From an uncultured Candidatus Saccharibacteria bacterium (lineage in GTDB: Bacteria > Patescibacteriota > Saccharimonadia > Saccharimonadales > JAGQNK01): DNA of 64,000 nt. The DNA lies in the NCBI GenBank assembly GCA_964636435.1, contig CAZWRS010000001.1:11345-75344 (forward strand), read 5' to 3'. The notes under the pieces are model-generated. The model saw nothing but the letters and a program-made list of their open reading frames with translations, was not told the origin of the DNA and ran no database searches. Of this stretch, positions 34,590-43,448 are shown in pieces (within the stretch, counting starts at the first letter, position 1; each line of letters begins with the position of its first letter). The translations under genes and the position numbers were made by a program.

Positions 34590-36353
34590 TCATCTGGATT
34601 TAGGTGTGACACCAAAATTATCTATCAGCATTTCCGTAAGATTGACAAAGAGTGGCGCGGCCGCTTCCGAGCCGGCATAGCCGGGGATCCTGGGCTTATC
34701 AACGCGAACCACAATGACGTACTGCGGTTCATCTCCGCCGACAAAGCCCATGAACATTCCATTAAAGACATCCGTATGGTAGCCACCCTCAGGTTTTGCG
34801 ACCTCAGCTGTACCGGTCTTGCCGCCGATGCTATAGGCCGCATGATCACGCTTAAAGCCGTAGAGGCCAGCATTTTTCTCGATGGTATATTCCATCATTT
34901 CTTTGATGGATCTGCCGACATCCTGGCTGACGACGTTTTCCCGGACGATCTTGGGATTGTCTTTGTACTCCTTGCCTGCAGTATCAATCATTTTCTCAAC
35001 GAGGTGCGGCTTGTAGTACGTACCACCGTTAATGACACTGGCCAGCGCGGCCCCCATCTGTAATGAGGTAGCTGACATGCCTTGCCCGAAGCTGGTATTC
35101 GCGTAACGGATATTTAAGCCGAACCCATCATTCGGATCCGGGATCACCCCCGCCGCTTCGTATCCCTGCTCTACGCCAGTCGGCTTACCAAGCAGAAAGT
35201 GATTGACCATATAGTCATGCCATCGTTCCCGCGCCTGCTTATTAATCTCACCGCCGCCCATCTGCATCAGCAGCCAGGAAGCGCCGGTGTTGAGCGATAG
35301 CTGCAAGATATCCCGGACGCTACGCGTGCCGGCGCCACCATCCTCTTCAATATTACTCACCACCGCATCATCAATCTTATATTGACTGGGGTCATAGTAC
35401 GTCTGATCTTTATGCACCACACCCATATCGAGTGCGGCGGCCGCGGTGAGCGGTTTCATGATGGAGCCTATCTCGAGTGGCGAACTGACGGAGGCGTTCG
35501 TAAAACGACTGGCATCTTCAACCTTGTAAAACTCAGCCGGATTAAAGGTCGGGTAATTGGCCATCGCTTTTATGGCACCAGTCTTGGCGTCGAGAATGAG
35601 CGCACCACCGGATTCTGCCCTGACGCGCTGCAGGCCTGTCTGCAACAGATCTTCAAGCTGCTTTTGCATGCCTATATCAATGGTCGTCACCACTCGTTTG
35701 CCAGCTTCTGGCTCGATGTTGATATTGTCTTCATTAGCAGCCAACGGCACGCCAGAGGCATCTGTTATAGCTTTGAGCTGTCCCGGTCGGCCCTTCAGTT
35801 CATTCTCCAAAGCCTGCTCAATACCGTACTTGCCCTCACCCTCATCGTTCACGAACCCGAGCACCTGAGCCGCCAGGCTACCCTGCGGATAAGTTCGGTA
35901 CGGTACTTCCCTGGTGCCGATTCCTTTGAGGTCGAGCTGCGTGATCTTTTCACTTTGCTCTTTTGACAGCTTTTTTGCCAGGATAACGTATCGGGTATCC
36001 TTGGCTTCGAGAGCCTTCTGGTAATCGGTGGCACTGCCACCTATCGCGCGGGCAATCTCATCTGCAGACTTGCGGGCGTCCTTAACATACACCGGATCGG
36101 CATATAACGTGTATAGCTTTTCGTTGAGTACAATCGGAATCGTGGTGTCACCATTATGCGCCTCAATAATGCCACGCTCGGCTGGGATTTCGTACTCTTT
36201 GAGCTGACTGCTCAGTGCTGCCTTCTGGTAGTGATCGTGCCGAATAACTTGCAAATAAAAAAGCCGGATAACGAATACAGCGCAGACGAAAAGCAACAGC
36301 GCGTGCCATACACGGATACGCTGCAGAGGACTCAGAAAAGTGTCGTCTGAAAT
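34590..36353 (-). CDS. ftsI: Class B penicillin-binding protein (FtsI-type transpeptidase)
   Basis: SxxK GSIMKPL, SxN VSNIEE, KTG GGKTGTAE. The ORF track starts at TTG 36296 inside the TM. The frame is open to 36353, where ATT sits 8 nt after AAGGAG. Confidence 0.88.
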   Translation of the reverse strand: MSDDTFLSPLQRIRVWHALLLFVCAVFVIRLFYLQVIRHDHYQKAALSSQLKEYEIPAERGIIEAHNGDTTIPIVLNEKLYTLYADPVYVKDARKSADEIARAIGGSATDYQKALEAKDTRYVILAKKLSKEQSEKITQLDLKGIGTREVPYRTYPQGSLAAQVLGFVNDEGEGKYGIEQALENELKGRPGQLKAITDASGVPLAANEDNINIEPEAGKRVVTTIDIGMQKQLEDLLQTGLQRVRAESGGALILDAKTGAIKAMANYPTFNPAEFYKVEDASRFTNASVSSPLEIGSIMKPLTAAAALDMGVVHKDQTYYDPSQYKIDDAVVSNIEEDGGAGTRSVRDILQLSLNTGASWLLMQMGGGEINKQARERWHDYMVNHFLLGKPTGVEQGYEAAGVIPDPNDGFGLNIRYANTSFGQGMSATSLQMGAALASVINGGTYYKPHLVEKMIDTAGKEYKDNPKIVRENVVSQDVGRSIKEMMEYTIEKNAGLYGFKRDHAAYSIGGKTGTAEVAKPEGGYHTDVFNGMFMGFVGGDEPQYVIVVRVDKPRIPGYAGSEAAAPLFVNLTEMLIDNFGVTPKSR

Positions 36354-36377
36354 AGGAGTAACTCCTTATTGTATAAA

Positions 36378-36725
36378 TTAATTCTGTACGACGCCGGAAG
36401 GCGCAACGCTGACGAGCTGCTTGGCCGTATCGCTATTTTTGATACGCTCCTGCGCCTGCAGACGGGCCGAGTCGACCGCCAGCTGATCATGTTCTTCGCG
36501 CAAACCTGCCTGTCGGTCCTTGAGATCATTGATCTTGTAGCTATAGGCGTTGGTCTTGGTCACCTGTGTAAGATACAGCAAGCCAACCAGGCATGCCAGC
36601 ACGATCAGAATAATCGTGTTGCTGATAGGTCCGACTGCTCTACCCTTCTCACGAAAGCTCGTGGTGTTCTGGCTGCGCGCGGCATAGCGCTGCCGGCCAA
36701 CCGCCAATGATGATGAATATGTCAT
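36378..36725 (-). CDS. ftsL: FtsL/DivIC-like septation protein
   Basis: 115 aa, one TM (IILIVLACLVGLLYL) followed by a coiled-coil-like segment; located between rsmH and ftsI. Confidence 0.7.
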   Translation of the reverse strand: MTYSSSLAVGRQRYAARSQNTTSFREKGRAVGPISNTIILIVLACLVGLLYLTQVTKTNAYSYKINDLKDRQAGLREEHDQLAVDSARLQAQERIKNSDTAKQLVSVAPSGVVQN

Positions 36726-36934
36726 AGTTGTTTTTTGTGTTTATTTTTATTTTTTCTCCACCGGCGTACTGCACGGAGGCGAAGTACGCCGGGGAGTACC
36801 ATTCGTACAATGATTGTGCTAGATCGGATTAAACAACCCGAACTTTAACCTTGTACGCGCGGGAGAGGTTTTTTACCTGAATTGGCATGCCTCTTCCTTT
36901 CTTTTGATGCCCACCCGTATTTCAGGATGAAAGC

Positions 36935-37840
36935 TTATTTTTGTTTTGCTGCGGCCCGAAGCTTTGCGCTCCTGGCTCGCGGATTAAAAACTAATTCTTC
37001 TGTGTCGGCCATAACTGGTTGCTTTGTCAGCAACGTTAGGACGGCGTCGTAGCGATTACCAGCCAGTTCGTTAAAACCTTGCTTAACGATCCGGTCTTCC
37101 AGACTATGGAAACTGATAACCACTATTCGCCCTCCCGGGGCAAGAAGATCTACCCACAGAGGTATAGCTTGCTTGATTTGGTCAAGTTCACTATTCACTG
37201 CAATACGAAGCGCTTGAAACGTTCGCGTTGCCGGATGTACCTTACTATGCCCCGGCCAAGCTTGGGCAACTATTTTTGCAAGCTGCGTGGTTGTCGCAAT
37301 CGGACGATTGTTCACTATCAAACGGGCTATTTTTACTGCCCGCGGCTCTTCGCCGTACTCACGAATTAGGTCACGTAACTCCACTTCACTATAGCTGTTA
37401 ACTATAGTTTCAGCCGTTACGCTTTGTGTCTGATCCATGCGCATGTCCAGTGGCCCTTCAGTCTTCAAACTAAAACCTCTGCTTGCATTGTCAAGGTGCG
37501 GTGACGAAACACCCAAATCGGCCAAAATCAAATCGAATTGCCTGTCTGCCTTCAATAGTTCTTGGCTTGCCCCCAAAAAATCCTGGTGGATTATCTGGAC
37601 GCCACTGTCCGCGAACTTTGCCTGCAGCTGTGCAATTGCATTGTGATCGCGATCTACTAAGGTAGAAGTGCTTGGTTGTAAGGTACGTTCCAGTACTTTG
37701 CTAGCATGCCCTCCGTATCCGGCCGTTAAGTCGAGATATCTATCCCCTTCTTTTGGTTGAAGATAGTCGAGAACTTGCTCCAGCAACACTGGAAAATGTG
37801 TGTTGGTTTGATTTTGGTTGTTTGAGTTGGTGTCTTTCAT
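36935..37840 (-). CDS. rsmH: 16S rRNA (cytosine1402-N4)-methyltransferase RsmH
   Basis: HFPVLLEQVLDYL, DLTAGYGGHA, DLGVSSPHLD, ISFHSLEDRIVK. Confidence 0.92.
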   Translation of the reverse strand: MKDTNSNNQNQTNTHFPVLLEQVLDYLQPKEGDRYLDLTAGYGGHASKVLERTLQPSTSTLVDRDHNAIAQLQAKFADSGVQIIHQDFLGASQELLKADRQFDLILADLGVSSPHLDNASRGFSLKTEGPLDMRMDQTQSVTAETIVNSYSEVELRDLIREYGEEPRAVKIARLIVNNRPIATTTQLAKIVAQAWPGHSKVHPATRTFQALRIAVNSELDQIKQAIPLWVDLLAPGGRIVVISFHSLEDRIVKQGFNELAGNRYDAVLTLLTKQPVMADTEELVFNPRARSAKLRAAAKQK

Positions 37841-37870
37841 GCAAATGTTTGTTTTTGTCCTTATATGAGT

Positions 37871-37899
37871 ATTATATAAGGAAATTTTTGCAAGGTCAC
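37871..37899 (-). promoter_or_regulatory. Candidate internal promoter for rsmH
   Basis: On the minus strand, GTGACC (37899-37894), 17 nt spacer, TATAAT (37876-37871), about 30 nt before the rsmH ATG. Confidence 0.4.
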
Positions 37900-37967
37900 C
37901 TATCTAGCAGTTAGCTTTTTGTTTTTTGTGAATGTTTTTGTTTTTGTGGTGTGATTTTGATTAATAC

Positions 37968-38013
37968 TTGGAACATTTTTGCGGGTTATTATGTATAACC
38001 TGCGACGTTCCAA
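37968..38013. other. Long imperfect hairpin in the mraZ-rsmH spacer
   Basis: TTGGAAC...GTTCCAA outer arms enclose GCGGGTTAT-TATGT-ATAACCTGC. The left arm contains GAACATTTTTGCG, which resembles the 29.5 kb repeat core. Confidence 0.6.
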
Positions 38014-38288
38014 ATAGCAAAATCACTTTTTGAGAGACTTATGTGTGAGGTGGAGTTTTGGGAGGTGTTTTGATGTAAGGTGCTAAGGTTTTTTGTATGG
38101 TTACCTTCAGCCCATATGCTGACTGCCAGATAGCTAACCTTCCGTGAGGCGCCCTTTTTTAAGGCTTCTCATCGCACGGTACGTGGGAGTAAACCCGCCG
38201 CACCGACTGCTTTTCCCACTGAAGAAGCGCAGGAAGTCGATTATCTGACGACTGATCGAATTGTTAAGGTACTGCCGGGGAAATTATT

Positions 38289-38645
38289 TTAAGCGGCTGT
38301 GATGCGCCAATACTTTCCTGCTCGTACTGCAGTGACGTCGCGGTTTATACCCGCGTATTCCAAAAGGTGCTGCTCGATGACCACGCGACCCTGCTTTTGA
38401 TCAAGCTCAGCCTCGGTCTTGCCTGCCCTGAACTTGACGTTCAGGTCCGCTGTCCGCTCGTCAAGAATGTTGCCTTGGAGCTCTGGCTCCATTAGCTCAT
38501 CCCAAACGGACTTCGGGTACAGGTGCAGATAGTTTTGGAATCCACGTGTCAACACTACTCCGGAAGCGAACTCGGCTCTCAGCTCAGTTGGAATCGTCAA
38601 CCGACGCTTATCGTCAAGCTTCCTCTCGAAATAGTCTACTGCCAC
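38289..38645 (-). CDS. mraZ: Transcriptional regulator MraZ
   Basis: Two SpoVT/AbrB-like halves with LDDKRRLTIP and LDQKQGRVVI (DxxxR-type) motifs; first gene of the dcw cluster; GTG start. Confidence 0.85.
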   Translation of the reverse strand: MAVDYFERKLDDKRRLTIPTELRAEFASGVVLTRGFQNYLHLYPKSVWDELMEPELQGNILDERTADLNVKFRAGKTEAELDQKQGRVVIEQHLLEYAGINRDVTAVRAGKYWRITAA

Positions 38646-38708
38646 GCTTACGTCCCGTTTAAATTACTAGTGGTTTTTATTTTTTGGATGAGTAGTCTGT
38701 TTTGGACT

Positions 38709-38755
38709 ACCCACATTTACCCACTACCAAGAGTGTACAACCCACCACTACCCAC
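38709..38755 (-). promoter_or_regulatory. Four phased GTGGGT boxes (MraZ-operator-like) overlapping a candidate mraZ promoter
   Basis: ACCCAC on the + strand at 38709, 38719, 38740 and 38750 (spacings 10, 21, 10 bp). On the minus strand, TTGCAA, 18 nt spacer, TACACT brackets the first pair. Confidence 0.6.
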
Positions 38756-38778
38756 TTGCAAGCCTTTTCTTGATAAAT

Positions 38779-38799
38779 AACAGCTGATTTTCAGCTGTT
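38779..38799 (-). terminator. Hairpin downstream of the yvcK-like gene (weak terminator)
   Basis: AACAGCTG-ATTTT-CAGCTGTT, a perfect 8-bp stem; followed on the minus strand by ATTTAT. Confidence 0.4.
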
Positions 38800-38866
38800 A
38801 TCCACAGTTTTGCTATAGTTTGCTAACTATCCACAATATGTAGCGTGACTGCTCGTCACCAGCACG

Positions 38867-39883
38867 CTATGAAGAGGCATCGGCCCCGCTGACGAACTCC
38901 ATGAGCTGCCGAGCGATAGCTTCTGCGTCATGACGAATGAGGGATCTATATATAAAAGTATCGTTATCGTCACGAACAGCACCTTCTTGTGCGAGGAATC
39001 TTCCGCCAATTGCCTGGTATCGTGCCTGCCGCAGCACTGACTCATCTACCACCACGGGAAACTCGCCATCAAGTGCGTACTGGTCCAGCTGCTGTCTCGT
39101 TGGCTGATCGGTGTTATAAAATACGGCGCCAACGACCTCCGAGCCAATAAAGCGCTCAAGTTCAGCGACATAATCATGCACTGCAAAATCAGTCGTATGA
39201 TTAGGTTTATTCACCAGATTACACACATACACTACGGGCGCGCTAGCCGCTGCCAGCGCCTCTCGAACGCCATTTACCAATAGTGCCGGCATCAACGATG
39301 CGTACAGATTACCAGGTGCAATAACAATAAGATCGGCTCTTGCGAGCGCCTGCCGCGCCTCCGGATTGATGAGTGAGTCTGGCTCGAGCCACATATGCGG
39401 CGGATGCTGCCTGGCGTTAAATATCGTTTTTTCGATAGCGTATTGGCCTATGATGGTCTTTCCTCGCACCGCCATCGCTAGCTTGCAGTTCATGAGGGTC
39501 ATCGGCACAACCTTACCGCGAATGTTTAACACTTTACTAGCTAGCTTGACGGCTTCGCCGAAGTCGTTGGTCGTCATTTCGACCGTACTTAAGAAAAGAT
39601 TGCCGAATGAGTGACCTTCCCATTTCGTTCCTTTTGGATAACGGTAATTAAAAAGAGTCCGTAGTTCTTCCGAGGCTTCACTAAGCGCCACCAAGCACTG
39701 CCGAATGTCGCCCGGCGGCAACACCCCAAACTCATCACGGAGCTGCCCAGTTGAGCCACCGTCGTCGGCCATATTGACCAGCGCGGTAATATTCTTGGTG
39801 TGCTTTTTGAGTGCCTGCAGTATGGTAAAGCTGCCCGTCCCGCCACCGATGACTACAATTCGAGGATGTACCAGCTCAGCCAA
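38867..39883 (-). CDS. YvcK/CofD-like gluconeogenesis-factor family protein (UPF0052)
   Basis: IVVIGGGTGSFT, NMADDGGSTGQLRDEFGVLPPGDIRQCLVAL and IVIAPGNLYASL motifs. Confidence 0.85.
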   Translation of the reverse strand: MAELVHPRIVVIGGGTGSFTILQALKKHTKNITALVNMADDGGSTGQLRDEFGVLPPGDIRQCLVALSEASEELRTLFNYRYPKGTKWEGHSFGNLFLSTVEMTTNDFGEAVKLASKVLNIRGKVVPMTLMNCKLAMAVRGKTIIGQYAIEKTIFNARQHPPHMWLEPDSLINPEARQALARADLIVIAPGNLYASLMPALLVNGVREALAAASAPVVYVCNLVNKPNHTTDFAVHDYVAELERFIGSEVVGAVFYNTDQPTRQQLDQYALDGEFPVVVDESVLRQARYQAIGGRFLAQEGAVRDDNDTFIYRSLIRHDAEAIARQLMEFVSGADASS

Positions 39884-39889
39884 AATAGC

Positions 39890-41155
39890 CTATCCTCGGT
39901 TGATTTGCTTTATGCGCTGCGCAAACCACTTGGCGCTGGGTCGAACTTTGCGCTGCATACCATTCTGACGGTCAATCTCCACCAGACCGAACTTTGGCCA
40001 CCAGCCATACTTCCATTCGAAGTTATCGAGCAAACTCCAGTGCAGATAGCCGCGCACGTCTACACCCTCACTAATCGCCTTCTCCATAGCCACGATCGTC
40101 TCTTCAAGCCACCAGCGTCGATAGTCATCGCTGGCATCAGCGAGGCCGTTTTCGGTAATAAATATCGGTTTTTTGTAATGCGACCAGACCCGCAGCAGCA
40201 ACGGATGCAGCCCCTCCGGTTCCATGTACCATCCCAGATCATTAAGAGGCACCTTCGGATTATCGCGCCGAAAACCGCGGTAATAGTCACTGAAATAGTA
40301 ATTGAAGCCAATAAAGTCCTGCTCGTTCCGGCAGCGGTTCAAAAACCACCAATTCCAGTAGTAGCGCATCCACTTCGTAGCGATCGTGTCGATAATATTA
40401 TGCGGCCGCTTGGCCTGGATGTTGGCTAGCTGTGCTGCGAGACCAATCTGTAGCTGTGGTTTTTGCCGCTTAAGGATATGATACGCCTCTTTGTGTGCCC
40501 GAAGCAGATTGCGGTAGACAGTAATACCGGTCCAGACGTTTTTCTCTTCCGGTGGCCACTCGCCCACTATATAGCTAAAGGTCGTGTAAACATTCGGCTC
40601 GTTCAGAGTAATGATATATGTCAAATCATCCACTAGCTCGTCGGCAACCTTTTGTATGAATCGGGAGAAGTACCGTACGTTGCTCCGCTGCTTGAACCCA
40701 CCTTTTTCGGCAAACCACGTCGGTACGGTCCAATGCCAGAGGTTGGCAAATGGCTCAATACGACGAGTACGCAGCTCACGGATGTATTTCCGGTAGTGTT
40801 CAATCGCCACCTCATCCCACTTCCCTTCCTCGGGCTCGATACGCGACCATTCAATGCCGAAACGAAAAGCATTCAAGTTAAGCTGCTGGAGAATATCAAA
40901 GTCTTCTTTATACCGCTTAAAGTGATCGACCCCGCGCCCAGAAATGTAATTTTCGGGTAATTCCGCCTGGATCTTGATGTCATCCCACTTGGGCAAGCCG
41001 CTAATACGTGTGTGCGCCAGCTGCGAAAACTCCTTTGCGTTCGCTAACTCCCAGACTGACCACTGATTTACATTACCTCCCTCGACCTGATGTGCTGCCG
41101 TACTCGCTCCCCAAAAAAAATGCTTCGGGAAATAATTGTTGGTTTTGTCTTCCAT
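39890..41155 (-). CDS. GH1 family beta-glucosidase
   Basis: FFWGASTAAHQVEG, acid/base TLNEPN, nucleophile ITENG, WSLLDNFEW. Confidence 0.9.
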   Translation of the reverse strand: MEDKTNNYFPKHFFWGASTAAHQVEGGNVNQWSVWELANAKEFSQLAHTRISGLPKWDDIKIQAELPENYISGRGVDHFKRYKEDFDILQQLNLNAFRFGIEWSRIEPEEGKWDEVAIEHYRKYIRELRTRRIEPFANLWHWTVPTWFAEKGGFKQRSNVRYFSRFIQKVADELVDDLTYIITLNEPNVYTTFSYIVGEWPPEEKNVWTGITVYRNLLRAHKEAYHILKRQKPQLQIGLAAQLANIQAKRPHNIIDTIATKWMRYYWNWWFLNRCRNEQDFIGFNYYFSDYYRGFRRDNPKVPLNDLGWYMEPEGLHPLLLRVWSHYKKPIFITENGLADASDDYRRWWLEETIVAMEKAISEGVDVRGYLHWSLLDNFEWKYGWWPKFGLVEIDRQNGMQRKVRPSAKWFAQRIKQINRG

Positions 41156-41203
41156 TGGCTTCGATTATAACACTTCGTCCTGCCTACCGGACCGAGACAG
41201 ATG

Positions 41204-41923
41204 TTACGAGCGATACTCAGGATTCTCAAAGTCGAAGCGCGTACCAGCCTTCCATTCACTATTCTGATTGCCGTACGCAGGAATGCCACCGCTCATCTGG
41301 AGCAGCTTCGCCATATGCATGAGATTCCAGGACATAAATGTAATATTGCGATTCGTAAAGTCATTCTCCGGGCCACCGGAGCCTTCATCCAGATAGCTGG
41401 GGCCCGGGCCAGCTTCGCCGACCCAATACGCATCAGCTTGCGGCGGAACAGTAAAGCCAATGTGCTGCAAGCTATAGAGAATATCCATGGCGCAGTGCTT
41501 AGCACCATCCTCGTTACCAGTAATAAGCGCGCCGCCAACTCTGCCATAAAAAATACTCTGACCAGCCTCATTTTGCTCGCCAAAACTACCATACAGTCGC
41601 TCGATAACCTTCTTGGTCTGTGAACTATTGTCGCCCAGCCAGATCGGACCAGCTATGACGACTATGTTTGCATCGAGTACTTGCTGGTAGATTTCAGGCC
41701 ACTCATCTGTCGCCCAGCCTTTCTCGCGCATATCCGGATACACCCCGGTAGCGATATCCCGATCAATCGACCGAACCACTGTCGCTCTTACTCCCTGCTT
41801 CTCCATGATCTTCCGGCTAGCCTCCACTAAGCCATCGGTATGGCTTTGCTCCGGCGATCTTTTGAGCGTACAGTTAAAAAACAGTGCTGTTAGGTCAGCG
41901 TAATCCCGCGTATCTTCTGCCAT
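41204..41923 (-). CDS. Flavodoxin-like fold NAD(P)H-dependent FMN reductase family protein
   Basis: FFNCTLKRSPEQSHT, IVVIAGPIWLGDNSS and ALITGNEDGAKH resemble the FMN_red/flavodoxin_2 families. Confidence 0.7.
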   Translation of the reverse strand: MAEDTRDYADLTALFFNCTLKRSPEQSHTDGLVEASRKIMEKQGVRATVVRSIDRDIATGVYPDMREKGWATDEWPEIYQQVLDANIVVIAGPIWLGDNSSQTKKVIERLYGSFGEQNEAGQSIFYGRVGGALITGNEDGAKHCAMDILYSLQHIGFTVPPQADAYWVGEAGPGPSYLDEGSGGPENDFTNRNITFMSWNLMHMAKLLQMSGGIPAYGNQNSEWKAGTRFDFENPEYRS

Positions 41924-41947
41924 AGCGCCTCACCTCCTCCGCATTAA

Positions 41948-42748
41948 CTATTGGCTCAGCCTATTCAGTGCTGTCATATCTGCTTCCGTTAGTTCAAGGT
42001 CAAATACCTGGAAATTACTTGTGATGCGTTCATAGCTGGTTGCTTTTGGTATCGGAACGGCGTCGTGCTGTATACTCCAGCGCAGCAAAATCTGTGCCGG
42101 CGTTTTCTGGTAAGTCTTCGCAAGCCGCCCAATGGTCACATCGTCGCCCCACGCCATTTGTGCGAGCGGACTATACGCTTCGATGATTATTCCTTCCTCG
42201 GCGCAATAATCGAGTACCGGCCTTTGCTGACGGTAATTGAACGGGTGTAGCTCAATCTGATTTACGGCCGGCACGAGATGCGCAAACTCTTTTAGCTCCA
42301 TGAGGTGTTTCACTGAGAAGTTCGACACGCCGATATTACGCACTCGCTCCTCACGATAGAGTTCTTCCATCTCTTGCCAGGATTCTTTCCAGGCTTCATG
42401 AGCTGGCCAGTGAATGAGATACAAATCGACATAGTCAAGCCCCAAGCGCTCTAACGAATTTTCATAAGCAGCTCGTGTTCGCATCAACCCAAGATCGGTC
42501 CGCCACACCTTGGTCGTAATAATAATCTCTTCTCGCGGCACCCCGGTCGAGCGCACCGCTGCGCCAACACTCTCTTCGTTCATGTAAATTGCTGCGGTAT
42601 CAATAAGTCGATAGCCAGTCGCTAGTGCAGCCTTGGTGGCTTGCAAAGCTTCATTGCCATTTTCAAGCCGCCACGTACCAAATCCAATCCTCGGCAGTAG
42701 CAGCCCCGTATTTAGCCGGACATGTGTGTCTTCAACGGTCAGTTGCAC
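41948..42748 (-). CDS. Aldo/keto reductase (2,5-diketo-D-gluconate reductase-like)
   Basis: GFGTWRL, IDTAAIYMNE, LYLIHWP, GVSNF, IPKA near the C-terminus. Confidence 0.9.
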   Translation of the reverse strand: MQLTVEDTHVRLNTGLLLPRIGFGTWRLENGNEALQATKAALATGYRLIDTAAIYMNEESVGAAVRSTGVPREEIIITTKVWRTDLGLMRTRAAYENSLERLGLDYVDLYLIHWPAHEAWKESWQEMEELYREERVRNIGVSNFSVKHLMELKEFAHLVPAVNQIELHPFNYRQQRPVLDYCAEEGIIIEAYSPLAQMAWGDDVTIGRLAKTYQKTPAQILLRWSIQHDAVPIPKATSYERITSNFQVFDLELTEADMTALNRLSQ

Positions 42749-42834
42749 AAGTCTTAAACCCCCACTTACCCAGCCACAGTCTAGGCCACAAAGAGGTCCA
42801 CGTAAGTTAAATAAACCACTAAATCACCGAGAAG

Positions 42835-43428
42835 TTAACTATCGCCCGGCTTTGCGGACTTCCGCCTGCGGCGGTCGTAGTAGGCCAACTCACGCTTTTG
42901 CTGATCGATACGGTCGATATACGAATCAAATGCGTTATACAGGCTAGAATAGTGACCGGTGGGAGCAAGGATTTTCAGCAGCTTGCCCTGCTGCTCTAAG
43001 TATTCAACCAGCGAATAGAAATCCCCATCGCCAGACACGATGACGGCTTTATGGTAATTCTTGAGCTCTTTCATAGCCCATAGCACCAAATCGGCGTCAA
43101 TATTACCCTTAGTTTGTTTTTTATCTTCTTCGTTTTCTGGCTTGCCGTCACCGTCGGTTTTTTCGACGTGTTCGGGGCGCGGCCGGGTCATATCGAACGT
43201 TGGCTTCAGCACTACCATGTATCCTGCTTCGTGAAGCTGTACGTACATATCTTCAAATTCCGGCACATAACCGATAAACATGAAAGCCTTGGTTACTCCG
43301 TACTTTTCGGACAGATGCTCGCGAAACTTCCGCCAATCGATTTTCCAACCGAGGCGCTGCACGCTAATATTCAAATTCTGGCTGTCAATAAAAGCGTATA
43401 CTTGCTTTTGCCTACGGCGACGTCTCAT
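42835..43428 (-). CDS. NYN (LabA-like/PIN-like) domain protein
   Basis: YAFIDSQNLN near the N-terminus, DADLVLWAM, and IVSGDGDFYSLVEYL, which fits the NYN acidic motifs. Arg-rich termini. Confidence 0.75.
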   Translation of the reverse strand: MRRRRRQKQVYAFIDSQNLNISVQRLGWKIDWRKFREHLSEKYGVTKAFMFIGYVPEFEDMYVQLHEAGYMVVLKPTFDMTRPRPEHVEKTDGDGKPENEEDKKQTKGNIDADLVLWAMKELKNYHKAVIVSGDGDFYSLVEYLEQQGKLLKILAPTGHYSSLYNAFDSYIDRIDQQKRELAYYDRRRRKSAKPGDS

Positions 43429-43448
43429 ATCCCCAGTGTATCACTTCT

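Noticed and set aside
36726-36934. A 9-bp GC-rich hairpin (CCGGCGTAC...GTACGCCGG) between rsmH and ftsL, considered as an internal terminator
   Set aside because: In the direction of transcription (minus strand) it is followed by an A-run, not a U-run, so I did not call it a terminator. It may be an RNA processing or stability element, but I have no evidence for that.
38798-38835. A perfect DnaA box TTATCCACA (38798-38806) plus CTATCCACA (38827-38835) upstream of mraZ, considered as an origin or DnaA-regulated site
   Set aside because: A single perfect 9-mer is expected by chance roughly once per 128 kb of two-strand sequence. There is no AT-rich unwinding element or dnaA/dnaN nearby, and the polarity pattern argues against an origin here.
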